Assembly (NCBI RefSeq): GCF_003918875.1
Contig: NW_025767451.1
Coordinates: 186,001-250,000, forward strand
Reading direction: 5' to 3'
Origin: Haliotis rubra
Taxonomy: Eukaryota
Length of the DNA: 64,000 nt
The position numbers and the translations under genes are program-made. This document shows positions 53,001 through 64,000 of the stretch, piece by piece. How positions within the stretch are numbered: position 1 is the stretch's first letter; the number at the start of each line of letters is the position of its first letter. The notes below the pieces were generated by a model, which saw nothing but the letters and a program-made list of their open reading frames with translations, had not been told where the DNA came from and ran no database searches.

Positions 53001-53319
53001 AACTGTCAAAAGGGACTTTTGAGAATGACCTATATTCAGTAATTGCTATACCGTGCTAATACTGTCGTAGATATTGTCTGCCAACGATCTCAGGACACAT
53101 CGGTAAGACAATGACGCTATGAAAGCAGAAATCACAAACATATACGACCAAACACCCGTGGTAACTGACCTCTTGTTTACACAAACGAACGTCATGGGTC
53201 GATTCACATGAATTTGCATTATATCCCCGGGTACTGCATGCATAAGAAAAGAACGTTAAAACTCGCCTTTTCACAACTCGAGTGTGGATCTTGATTTTCG
53301 TTATTCTCCGGTCGTCAAC
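50078..53319 (-). pseudogene. TBCA: TBCA duplicate; exons 53267-53319, 52024-52129, 51387-51473, 50078-50161; original ATG mutated to GTT
   Basis: Same exon sizes and splice sites, open frame; exon 1 reads VDDRRITKIKIHTRVVKR; an upstream in-frame ATG at 53361 could rescue it. Confidence 0.75.
50229..50400 (+). mobile_element. CORE-type SINE with tRNA(Glu)-like head
   Basis: TGGTGTAGTGG A-box, CTTTCAC loop, GGTTCGAATCC B-box, then GTGTCCCTTGGCAAGGCACT...CTCAGTCCACCCAGCTGT..AAAATGGG resembling the CORE domain; absent from the paralog. Confidence 0.75.
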
Positions 53320-54175
53320 GGTATTATGTGGTAATACGGTTGCCAGGGGGATAGCTACCATTATAAGAAAAAGCCCGGGCTTACACATGATTTTTGCTGA
53401 ATAGGTTGTACAAGCCCTCAATACTAAGATTCGTTGCCGACCGGTGAAGTTGAATGTGACTTGACAGGTTCCCTGTCACGGAAATAGCTCTTCTGTCAAG
53501 GACGTCGGTCACGGATAGAAATGTAGCCAATCAGCATTGAATTTCGTCACGTATTGGTTGGACCAATTATGCCTTTCTACGCGCTGTCACCTATGCGCTT
53601 TTACAGAAATTATTAGACATATCCAAGTGTTGCTTATTTTTCTACAGGGCTGTGATTGTTCGGCCTAATGTACAAGTACAAGTATAGAACACCAACAGTA
53701 CCACTTCATTGACAAGTAACAAATTTCATTAATGCTCACAGCAAATGATTTCATTTATATTTGACGCTGGCTTTAGTATCATGTTCACGCATCAAAATGT
53801 GTATTCCCTAAAACCCGTCTTTTCATGCAACGAAACTCAAAATCTATGAAAGAAATACCGAACAAATTTGCTCAGAGACCTTACATACAACTTTCTGTGC
53901 AAATGTATAGTGTGTGTTAGTGTAAGTGTCCACGTATAACGCTAAGTGACTAATTAGAGATTTACTCAAATGTATAACGACCAGCCGAGACAGATAACAT
54001 GGAAACCAGTCTACAGTGTCATACATGCGCAGTACTATTCTTGGGTAACTAAGGTATACTTCCGGCATGTGCTTGCTGGATGTGAACTCAATGCCCGACA
54101 CATCTGTTTAGATTTCTCAATAGGAAGGACATGAATAACACCCGTGTTGTTATTTATTCTGTATTATCCTAACCA

Positions 54176-54400
54176 ATGTCATCAGGTGTGCACATTCGTC
54201 AATGGACAGAAAAAGACGCTTCAGGCACTTGGGAGGTGTTAAAAGAGACAAGCTTCAGTAATTTGTACCCTTCTTTTAAGATCGCTATTTCTAGACCCGC
54301 GTCTATCAAACTCGCTTCTGTCGTTGCCCTTGCTGCAGGAATTGTTTTACAGTCATTTCTAGCGGTTACGATATCCCCTGTCCTCTATGTGTGCGCTGTA
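54176..54400 (+). pseudogene. Truncated duplicate of the NAT8-like gene
   Basis: First ~75 codons nearly identical to 37459ff, then homology stops; the GNAT catalytic half is missing. Confidence 0.88.
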
Positions 54401-55341
54401 CTTACTTTGTATGCAAATTTTAGGATTTTTGCATAAATATCATCACCCCCCTTGCCATAAATTATGAACGGTCCTTAAAACAACCTGCCTAACAAAGACA
54501 TGTATTGAGCTGTGAGTTCCGACATCCCTGAAGACGGTACAGTTTACATGGGGCTCTACGTCAGGCCCTGCCGCCCTACAAACCCTTCTGTACATTACAT
54601 TCCTAGTTTCACATGGTGGAGACTGGCATTAGGAAGTCTGCTCTACTCAGGGCTGAACATAGGTGCATGTGTTATATTTGTTCAGATGTATTGTAACTAT
54701 CATTAACACATGTTCGAATCAATAAACCGTTGTACCACAATCCCGGGAAGTATGGAAATATTTCATTTCGTCGTCCAGTTCAAGAACCACGGTGTGGACA
54801 TGTAACGAACACAAACGCATTAGTTCAGTCTTTATTCGAAGAGAACACATCACATCACAGCTAGGCGAGGCTTCAGCCCACGTCGGTAATGTAAGACACG
54901 ACAACTTCGACAATGTAGATAAGTTACCAAGAAGAAGACATGGTTGTTCTGAGAGTGACGTCAGTTATTGTGTGGTCATCATGTTATAGTTGAATGTTGA
55001 ATGAATAACTACATAACAGGTGTAAGTAACTGCATCTGGTTCACATAAACCCGACTGATGGCATCAATAACAGTCACATCCACTCACATGTGAGTGTTTA
55101 AGGATGCGTGCGGGTGATGTGTGAGTGGTGAATGTTTGTGTGGCAATCCACCCGGACCGCTGGTCTTACACATTTGGTACACACTGAGCTGAGTTGATCC
55201 GCTTCCTGAAGAAATCCATCCCCAACTGTAAACTGGTTGTGTTGTTGATTGATGTAAAATTACTTTCCAGTTAAAACAGTCCATGGTATCTGTTGCCATC
55301 ACCTACATAACTCGGACAGGCCGACGACGTGAATATGTTGT

Positions 55342-58300
55342 CTATGTGAAAGGGTTGATCTTCATGAAGTGCTTGTGTTTTTTCTTACGCTTTTCAGGTC
55401 GATCCCACGTTGGCAGACTTTCAAGTTTTTTCTGTTAAAGTCATAACAGTTGCATAATATCAGATCTTGGAAAATGACATGGTCAGATCAACATCAATTA
55501 TTATTTCTAAATATCCCAAAATGTAACTCTGCAATATATGTCTGTTAGAGGTAAACAAGAGGTTTGGCACAGACTTTGCCTTACCCCAAAACACACACAC
55601 ACAAACATAGGATTTTCTCTCGGCAATTATTTCTCAACTGTGGTTATAAGACCCTTGAAACTTGATTTGACCACAGCATTACAAACGTTATCAAAACGTT
55701 ATCTGAAACAAAGTCACTGAAAAATTGCAAACTTAAGGTTCAAAACAGGACCATGATACCCGACTGAAATACGTAAACGTCGAATAAATACTGCTTGCTG
55801 GTTTCACCTTTAGCCATCATCAAACATGGGCGCATACGTTGTTTTACGTCACACTGGGTTTTATGCCCGTATTATAACTTAGTAATAGTTAATCCTCCAA
55901 TCTCGCTCTACATCCTGAATCTACACGCAACTGACCTGGTATTCTTCCTCTATACGTTCTTTCTGTCTTCGTTTGAACACGAACTGAAAATGATATTTGA
56001 AATAATTGATATTGTGTTGTCAAGATACTAAGGGTTGAAGATGAACAGATTCCGTGGACAATAACCAGTAAGGATATTTCTACTACCCGATTCTGTTGGA
56101 AGTGGCTGTGGGTGCACTACATGTAATGTCTTCTGACTCACTTTGGTTCCCACGATGACGACGAACATCACCTGCCCGAACAGATACACGCCAACGAAGG
56201 CGAAGAAGGCGTAGTAGTCCATCATGCCAGCGGTGTCGTCGTCACTTTTATATAACGCCACAACGGCGTGCCAACAGCAGACCAGGAACAGGAACGACAT
56301 GGACAGAAGGATGTAACGGTCCTGGAGAAGAATAGAAGGTCGCACATTTAAACGTTGATGTGATTACCATGAACTTACAGTTTTGACTTAAATATACTAT
56401 CCCAAAACGAAACGCACAGGCCAGATATCTGTTGCGAAAATGGTATATTTTCAAACATGTATAACTCGTCCACAAATAGACTTTAGAGCAGAGAGAGAGT
56501 TTTTATTCAGTAAAGGGGCCACAGGCCCATTATACATCAGGTGTACAGAATATACAATTATTAGAGCATCGTACAACATCATGAGAGCTGCACAAAAAAT
56601 AAATATTTTACAAGACAATATATAATATAAGTATTCTTTGATGTAAACAACTGGGCTAATTTCACTTCGGATGGATATATGTGATAATATTTAGGGAAGA
56701 TATCATTTCTTAATTTCCCATAAAATAGACTTTAGTGCATGAATTTTTACATCAGTTTAGAAGAAGCCAATGTCTCTACAACCAAGTGGATAATCTTAGA
56801 TAACGGAGACGTTGAGCGCCATGGTGACGACGTAGCACGGTCCCGACGTCGGGTCTCCTAGCTATCAGTCCAGTCTCTCTCAACCTGTTCCGTACAGTTT
56901 GACCGGATATCCTCCGAAGTCCAGGCACCCTGGCTGCTGTGCTCTCACCTGTGGCAGTACGATCACGCAAATGTAGTACCCGGATGTACCGATCTTGAGC
57001 TGCAGTGGTGACTCGAGGTCTGCCTGTACGGGGACGGTCATTTGTTATACCTGTTTGGTTGTAACGAGCTGCAAGCCGTGATATCGTGCTCAGACTAACA
57101 TTCAGACGCCTGGCAACAGAAGAATGTTAATCTCAAGCGTTCATTCTTTCAATGGCGATGTTCCGTGTCGCAGCGTCAAGACGTGGCGTAGTGATTTGAC
57201 CTTGAAACTCCTTAAAAACGAATGCCGATTTCCGAAAGTAATCTGGATTTTTATAGCCAGACAGTGCATGCCTTTTTGCTGCACAATTTCAACTGGAAGG
57301 TGATTTTTGTTGAGTTGTGGCGATGCGTTTTTAATCCTTGTAAGAAAATCTCATCAAAATCAACATTTCAGGTCAAGTCGATTTTTTACTTGTGCAACTG
57401 TGTAAAATCATGTTATCAACACTTTTGTCACATATTTTGACGATTGTTTGAACACAATAGGTAATTAATAGATCATATTAAAAAAATGCAAAACGCCGAT
57501 GCGTTTCTTTTTTGGGATAATATATAATTATGTCTCATTATCATCATGATTGTGGCAATCACCTCCATATGGCGAAACCTTCTGGTCATGACCATTGACG
57601 TATTCGAGTCCAGCCATCTGGAGTGTCATTTATAAGAATTGTGTCTGTTGAGCATGTTCGGTATTGTATGAAATATTCTCCAAGTGACAATTCACAACAT
57701 CCTGAAGAACCGTCACAGTACGCTCTATGTGTCCACGGACGTCATGCTTTACCTACCAGGTACGTCAGGTAGGAGAGCTTGGGCACTGACTGCGAGGCCA
57801 CGAACTTGAAGGTCACCATGGTGAGGATCAAGGTGAAGGACAACTGAAGACGTCTCTGAGGAAGCTCGCGGTCAACGGAGAAGGCGGCAAATGACAGGGA
57901 ACTTATCATGGCCTGGAAATGTGATAAGTGTGATCTAATTATCGTGGAATTTCATACATTAAGGATAATCAACTATAAGAAATGGGAGTGTCAAGTCAAA
58001 ACGCCCGACGAGGGTTCTAAGCAGCATCCTCGCCATTGCAGGTGAGATGTATCCAAAACATGACTAACTGGCAAACAAACATTCCGGCATTTGGTTCGAT
58101 TTGATGTCCTCTGAGCAAAGGAAAATGTTGAAAAGTGCAGTGGTCCTAAAAACTTAACTTAACACACCCTGAGAAATGCACGTGAATTTCAGGACATGTA
58201 TTCGGAAATCCATTAGACATCTGTGAGTGTACCCTTGGCATCGTGTCACTTGGCCCTCACGTGGTTGGAAATTATGTTTCTGATTTCGAAAGCCAAATAT

Positions 58301-61300
58301 ATGCTTACAATGACCAGCATGATGTTCCAGGTGAAGTAGCCGACCCTCCTCACTGCGCAGCACCTGAAGATGAAGCCAGGACGCTTGTACTTGACGCTGC
58401 TGTATTCATTGGGCATGAGACGCTTCTCACCCACCACGAAGTCGTACAGCCCCCACTCCTGCTGATCAACAAAGCTGTCCACGTTGACGTGGCTGACGGT
58501 GGAGTTTAACTCCACCAGCTCCACGTCAGTTGGCGGGGATTCGCTGGTGATGAGGATGGATAGGTCCTATAGGGAAAACAAGGACGGTCGAGTTACAGAC
58601 AAGGTGAGATTTCAGTATAACGGTCTATGTATGTGACCCCCATGTAGACAACTCTGAACCTTTCTGAAATGTGTTTGGTACCAAGTCGACAGGACATTCC
58701 CAGACTTACTTGGATGTCAAAGGGAAAGTCCTGCAGCTCCAGCTTCTCGAAGAACTTGCCCTTGATGCGGCGTCTCTCCATCACATACGTCTCCCCACCC
58801 GCCTCCGTCTGCAACTCCCGCCATGTCGTCTGCTTCAACTCACCGATGTTGTTCTGAATGTTGAGCTTGGGGTCGAAGTACGACTCCCAGTTGATTTTCT
58901 GGGTCTGTCAACAATGCATGTTGTGTTTACTGATATCAAACGACAAGCATTTTCTCAACATTACTATTTCTTCTTTTGTTGACCTTATCTCTACAAAACA
59001 GTATTGATCAAGATGTAATAAAAATGATTCCTGGATATATATGCCCTGATCAATGTCTCATTCCCCTCCAGTGAGGGTTGCAAACAGAACAAAAACTGAC
59101 TGATGATGATCAGGCTGTGTGAATGTAATAAACCCTCATGTCACGACATAGTGGAGCATGTTTCATGGGCAGAGAGGAAGATGTCTCTCGAGTATGTACC
59201 CATATTTTGCGCTATCTAACCTAGTGCATGTTCTTTCCATCTGGCCGAGAGGAAGATGTCTGCCCAGTACTCACCTCCTTGTTGGGTCTGTCCAGTACAG
59301 TCTCACTCCCTCTGGCTGAGAGGAAGATGTCTGCCCAGTACTCACCTCCTTGTTGGGTCTGTCCAGTACAGTTTCACTCCCTCTGGCTGAGAGGAAGATG
59401 TCTGCCCAGTACCCACCTCCTTGTTGTTGTCCAGTACAGTCTCACTCCCTCTGGCTGAGAGGAAGATGTCTGCCCAGTACCTCCTTGTTGTTGTCTTGTG
59501 CCGGTTCTCTCTCCCTCTCACCTCCTTGTTGTTGTCTAGTGCCGGTTCCCTCCATCTGGCTGAGAGGAAGATGTCTGCCAGGTATTCCTCCCTGATGGTG
59601 TCGATGTTGCTGATCTTGAGAAACACGATCTTCAGTGAGACGTACCTCTGTGATGGAAGACATGTATGTACGTACTGTGGAATCTGTATACAACAGTGTC
59701 GTGACATACCGGATGTTTTGTATATCAAAGACAGGTGCGGATGGGGTGAGATTTAACAAAGAGTAGCGTCCCCTGCTTTCATGACTTGCAATAGTAACTG
59801 AAGACACTATTTAGTCTCTTTCTTTGGAAGCTTGGATGAAACACCACATATTATTCAATGTCTTGCAAAGCATTGTGTAAAACAACAGACATGATTGCAT
59901 AGCAACATAGTGAATTTAGATATCTTCGTACTTCAGTAGAATTTCATCTATCTCATTCAAAAGAATTGCTTGATGACTTGTATCAATGTGTACCAAAAAT
60001 TTCAAACCTGTATTCCGAGTCAACAACAATTATTTTAATGTTTTGTAGATGTTTGCCAGACACATAAATACAGACGGGATATTGATTTGTTGAAAGCAGT
60101 TATTCAGTGCTAGAAAAGCGTGTCTACCAGACAACAGAGAATGAACAGAAAAAAACCCATATTCTAAATGTCATTTACCGTTTACAGGTTGATTCTGATA
60201 GATTAGTTATCTCTTCATCCTGGTTGCCAGTCTGATGTGAAAGTTTGGTGTATTGCGCACGCACCACTGATTGCTTCCAAATCATGCGTGATTTTTTACA
60301 CCTACGGTCCTTTATGTTGATCACATGTTTTTTGTTAAGGTTACAATAATTACATTTAATAATATAATAACACCAGACCGTTGTAGTAAGAAAAGACAAA
60401 TATCAAGCCTCAAAACTAAAAACGGAGTGATTCGCGACGCTAAAGAATTAGCTGAAACAATGGCAGATCACCTGAGACATGTCTACAGTAATGTTACAGA
60501 AGACCACTATGACGAAAACTTTAAAGCGGAGATCGACAAACAAGTGGCCGACATTAGAGACGAGTTGTCTAGACAACAACCTACAGCTGGCGGTCTGCTT
60601 ACAACGCCCAAAGAAGTATATGATTTGTGTCAAACTCTTACAAACAACAAAGCTGCTGGTGAAGATGGTATCACATATGAACATTTGAAGTATGGAGGTA
60701 AAGTTTATCACGCTGTCTCTCTGTCCTGTTTAATCTCACACTGAAATCGGGCTACATACCTCACTCCTGGAAGAGAGGCATTGTAATACCTATATTCAAA
60801 AGTGGAAACAAGTCGAGATCTGCAGTCGACTCATACAGAGGTATAACACTTCTGCCAGTGGTGTTTAAACTATTTGAACTTGTTATAGGCAAACGAAGGC
60901 CACAGATAATGTGTGAAAGTTCATTTCCACGACCTGAACAGTTTGGTTTCCAGAAAGGCATGTCATCAATCCTTACATCAGTCATGGTCCAGGAGACTGC
61001 ATTCCTCGACAGCTCTAAAGCGTTCGATACACTCTACCATCCTGGCCTCCTTTTGAAGTTGAAAAAGCTGAAAATCAAGGACTCCCTGTGGAGACTACTA
61101 GATAACGCCTACATCGATATGACAAGTAGGGTCTTGGTTAATCATGTGCAATCACAGTGGTTCCCTTTATTAGAGGGGTTCGTCAGGGCAGTATTTTATC
61201 TGCCAAGTTTTACTAAGTGTACATTGATGAACTGTTGAGAAATCTATCTGCAAGCAAGATGGGAGCTGTCGTCTTCGATGTCAATGTAACTGTCCCAACA

Positions 61301-62826
61301 CAGGCTGATGACGTCACTCTAATCAGCCCTCTTATTGGTGGCCTCCAGGATCTTCTGTCCACTTGTGAGAGATACAGCTCTCGGTGGAAATTTACGTTTT
61401 CTCCTACTAAGAGTAAAATACTTACCTTCACCAAAACAAAGACCCGCGATTCTGAAGTGACGCTTTATGGAAAATCCCTGCCACGCTGTACTGAAATAAC
61501 ACGTGTGGGGATACAACTGGATGCTGGTTTCAACTCGTGGAACAGAACTATCGAAGCATGTAGTAAATTAAGAGGTACGACAATGGCTCTTATAAAGTTT
61601 GGTGTACACCAAAACGGACTCAACACACTGACAAGCCTCAAATTAATAAGAACAATCAACTTACCCAAAGCTTTGTATGGGTTTGAACTGTGGACGGAGC
61701 TTTCTAAAGCAGAAGTCACTGCCCTCGAGCGTGCTCAAATATTCTGTCTGACAATTGCTCAGCGTTTCCCAAGAAACACACGGACTGATATCTGTAACGC
61801 ACATGCCGGTTGGAACTCCATTGAGGCATCAATTGATACTAGAAAGCTGTTCTTCTTAGGACAGTTATGAAATTTCAAAGCAGATTTTCTCCCCCCAAAA
61901 AGTTGTTCATAACCCGCCTATCGCTACTCAGACATACCCACAGTTGGGTTATGTGCCCGACATATGCGCTATACTGGACAGGTATAAATGAACCCATTAT
62001 CCGAACTCATTCCTGAAAGCAAGGACATTGCCAAGTCAATCGAAGTGGAAAAATTGCGTCAAAACCGCAGTGAAGAAGAAAGAAGAGAGCAGCTGGCGAG
62101 ATCGAATCTCCTCTGACCCTGACCTTCATCATTTTATGTGGATAAAATCTGAGATCTCCACCCACATGGCATGGCATGTGGCGAAGTCCGACCCATGGCT
62201 GAAGCCTGCTGCAAACTTTGTTGTCAACATGTGTGCGATTTGACGTCCAGGAGCTGTGTGTGGTGATTTCCCAAACTGTGGACAGAATTATAATGATTTC
62301 CTGACTTATGTGATCTGTCACTGTCCCAGCTACCTGTGCCAGAGAGACAGTCTGTGGTGCTCCCTCATTGACGTCAGCCCGCCAGAAGTAAATGTAGCAC
62401 TGCACGCCAAACCAGACATAGAGATGGTGGCATGTCTGTTGTCCTGCAGACCTCCTGTCACCCCAGAAACGTGCGATCTACACCTCTACGCTCAGACTGT
62501 CATTACAAACCTGTATTCATTCCAGAAAGATTACCATTAAACTTGCATTCTAATCTTCACTTGTAAATAACAGTTACTATAAACACATTTTTCTTGTAAC
62601 TGTCCTTTGGAGGAATAAAGAACATATTATACATGCTATAGGACGCCGCCATATGACCACAGTAATTATTTAATCGGATTTTACCGTTTCAACGGAATAT
62701 GTCCATATCAATTTGATTTATAATTACGGATTGACGAAAGTGAGTCGGAATGTATGGATTAACGAGGTTTAACCATATCATTTTACTTACAATATTGTCG
62801 TCTGCCCCGCCATTAACTACCGCCAT
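55342..62826 (-). CDS. Cys-less (Pro-loop) pentameric ligand-gated ion channel; exons 62791-62826 (tentative first), 59522-59647, 58710-58904, 58309-58566, 57757-57912, 56142-56321, 55936-55983, 55342-55431 (~362 aa)
   Basis: GT-AG, all phase-0 junctions, open frame. ISNIDT..E.Y.ADI....W, FDPKL.I.N, LELQDFPFDIQDL (no loop cysteines), EW, RRVGYFTWNI M1, RLQLSFTLILT M2, PKLSYLTYLDRY M3, M4. Confidence 0.87.
56776..57525 (-). mobile_element. Tc1 5' fragment (terminus + HTH region)
   Basis: DRPRTGRPRVTTAAQDRYIR and ISGQTVRNRLRE; terminus matches 44517. Confidence 0.82.
59170..59521. repeat. ~71-bp tandem repeat derived from a pLGIC exon 3' end
   Basis: Repeated CTGGCTGAGAGGAAGATGTCTGCCCAGTAC...CCTCCTTGTTG matching exon 59522-59647. 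Confidence 0.88.
60325..62625 (+). mobile_element. 5'-truncated decayed LINE (RT + C-terminal Cys/His motif) in pLGIC intron
   Basis: KAAGEDGI, SYRGITL, QFGFQ, FLDSSKAFD, QADD and WKFTFSPTKS motifs; AATAAA 3' end at ~62615. Confidence 0.88.
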
Positions 62827-64000
62827 GTTTCCACGGAGGGGGACGTTTTGTTCGTCAACGATGTCGTATGGAGGGACTCAATACACAATATTCGTTGGCC
62901 GCCATTAATCACGTGTCCCAACACGGTCGCCATGGCACCAACAAGACTGAGATTACTCTATAAGAGGCTCAGATCAAAGCTAGGCTGTCCATGGTCATAG
63001 TGCCACAAATGATCTGTGTGATATAAGGTCAAGATATTGCGTTAAGCCCTCAATGATGTGTTATGCCATGGGCTTATGGTATACCCGTACATTATGGCGC
63101 CACGTGTAAGATTCTCGTGACACCTGATTATACAGGTAATGCTTTCAGCTGGAACATAGGCTGTATTTAGGATTACTTTAGTACATTTTTGTGGAGTCCT
63201 ATCTGTGATTCGAGTCGACACTTTCAGGTATCTGCCAGCAGTCAGCCACCTAACCACTCAGCCCCATTGGCCTCCACAAAATGGAAGTTCTGTAGATGGT
63301 ATTGGAGACCACTCACTTGGTGCACCCCTCTCACAGGTGTACCTTGGCACGCCCCCCATGGCCGGAAGCTATTAATCAACAATACCTTTCATAAAGTGGT
63401 CAGATGTAACAGATGCCATATATTGGATTACTTTTACTTAGGAATTGTCTATCCAATGTCCGCCATATAGCTGGAACATTGTTAAGTGCGGCGTAAAACT
63501 AAACTCACTATATCCCATGATTTCAACGTTGTATGTGCATGTGTAGATATTGACATCTGATAACCGTAAAAATGCTATGTCTTGCTATCTTTGGGGAAAT
63601 AAAGTTCAATTTCGTTGAGGCACAAATTTAACAGCCTACCAAGGATTGCAGGGCTCGAATAATGACGTACTACAGTTTATATTACATAACCAATAATCCT
63701 GATATTGGGTTCCTTAGTGGGCACGTGATAGGCACATTTATTATGATTACGTGTAAGCCAGTGATTGGCGTTGTTGACAGTCAACTCCCATCACAGATGT
63801 TTTAAGACGTCTCCAAGGCATATGACCATGACAAATTCAGATTCACTTTGAACTTGTATGACATAATGTGTATACATGAATACTATCGTGTAAACCGGTG
63901 TACGTTCCTTTCTCTCACTTGATCTGTACACAAGACAAACTGCCCTTCACATACGTGTGTAGGTAGGTGCACTGATACCTGTGTTATATTATTTAGGATG

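Larger units (their letters stand above)
47405..54400. repeat. Local duplicate of 24610-37682 (TBCA 3' region to NAT8 5' part)
   Basis: Collinear homology of exons, introns and promoter; the copies differ by independent TE insertions. Confidence 0.92.

Noticed and set aside
55342-59647. Bacterial contamination or recent horizontal transfer for the prokaryote-like channel
   Set aside because: The gene has multiple spliceosomal introns containing host transposons.

Overview
Repeat-rich animal genomic DNA with spliceosomal introns. It is probably a gastropod mollusc: the tRNA-derived SINE with a (CACT)n tail resembles abalone-type SINEs (inference). Genes reconstructed by hand from splice sites: (1) a complete 7-exon non-alpha nicotinic-type Cys-loop subunit (minus, 5012-19345) whose introns hold a ~5.8 kb 22-bp satellite, a 24-bp satellite and a LINE; (2) a 4-exon tubulin cofactor A gene (TBCA, minus, 25635-36778) head-to-head with an intronless NAT8/camello-like GNAT gene (37459-38130); (3) a local duplicate of the TBCA/NAT8 block (~47400-54400) in which TBCA lost its ATG and NAT8 is truncated; (4) a 'Cys-less' (Pro-loop) pentameric channel gene (minus, 55342-~62826) with all phase-0 introns and no evident signal peptide. 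Tc1, MULE, hAT/pogo MITEs, LINEs and SINEs fill the rest. The most unusual object is in TBCA intron 2 (27423-30821): a fold-back element with a decayed ORF whose motif order resembles Rep_trans-type rolling-circle initiators, plus a small HTH-like ORF and short direct repeats. It matches no standard eukaryotic transposon class that I recognise.
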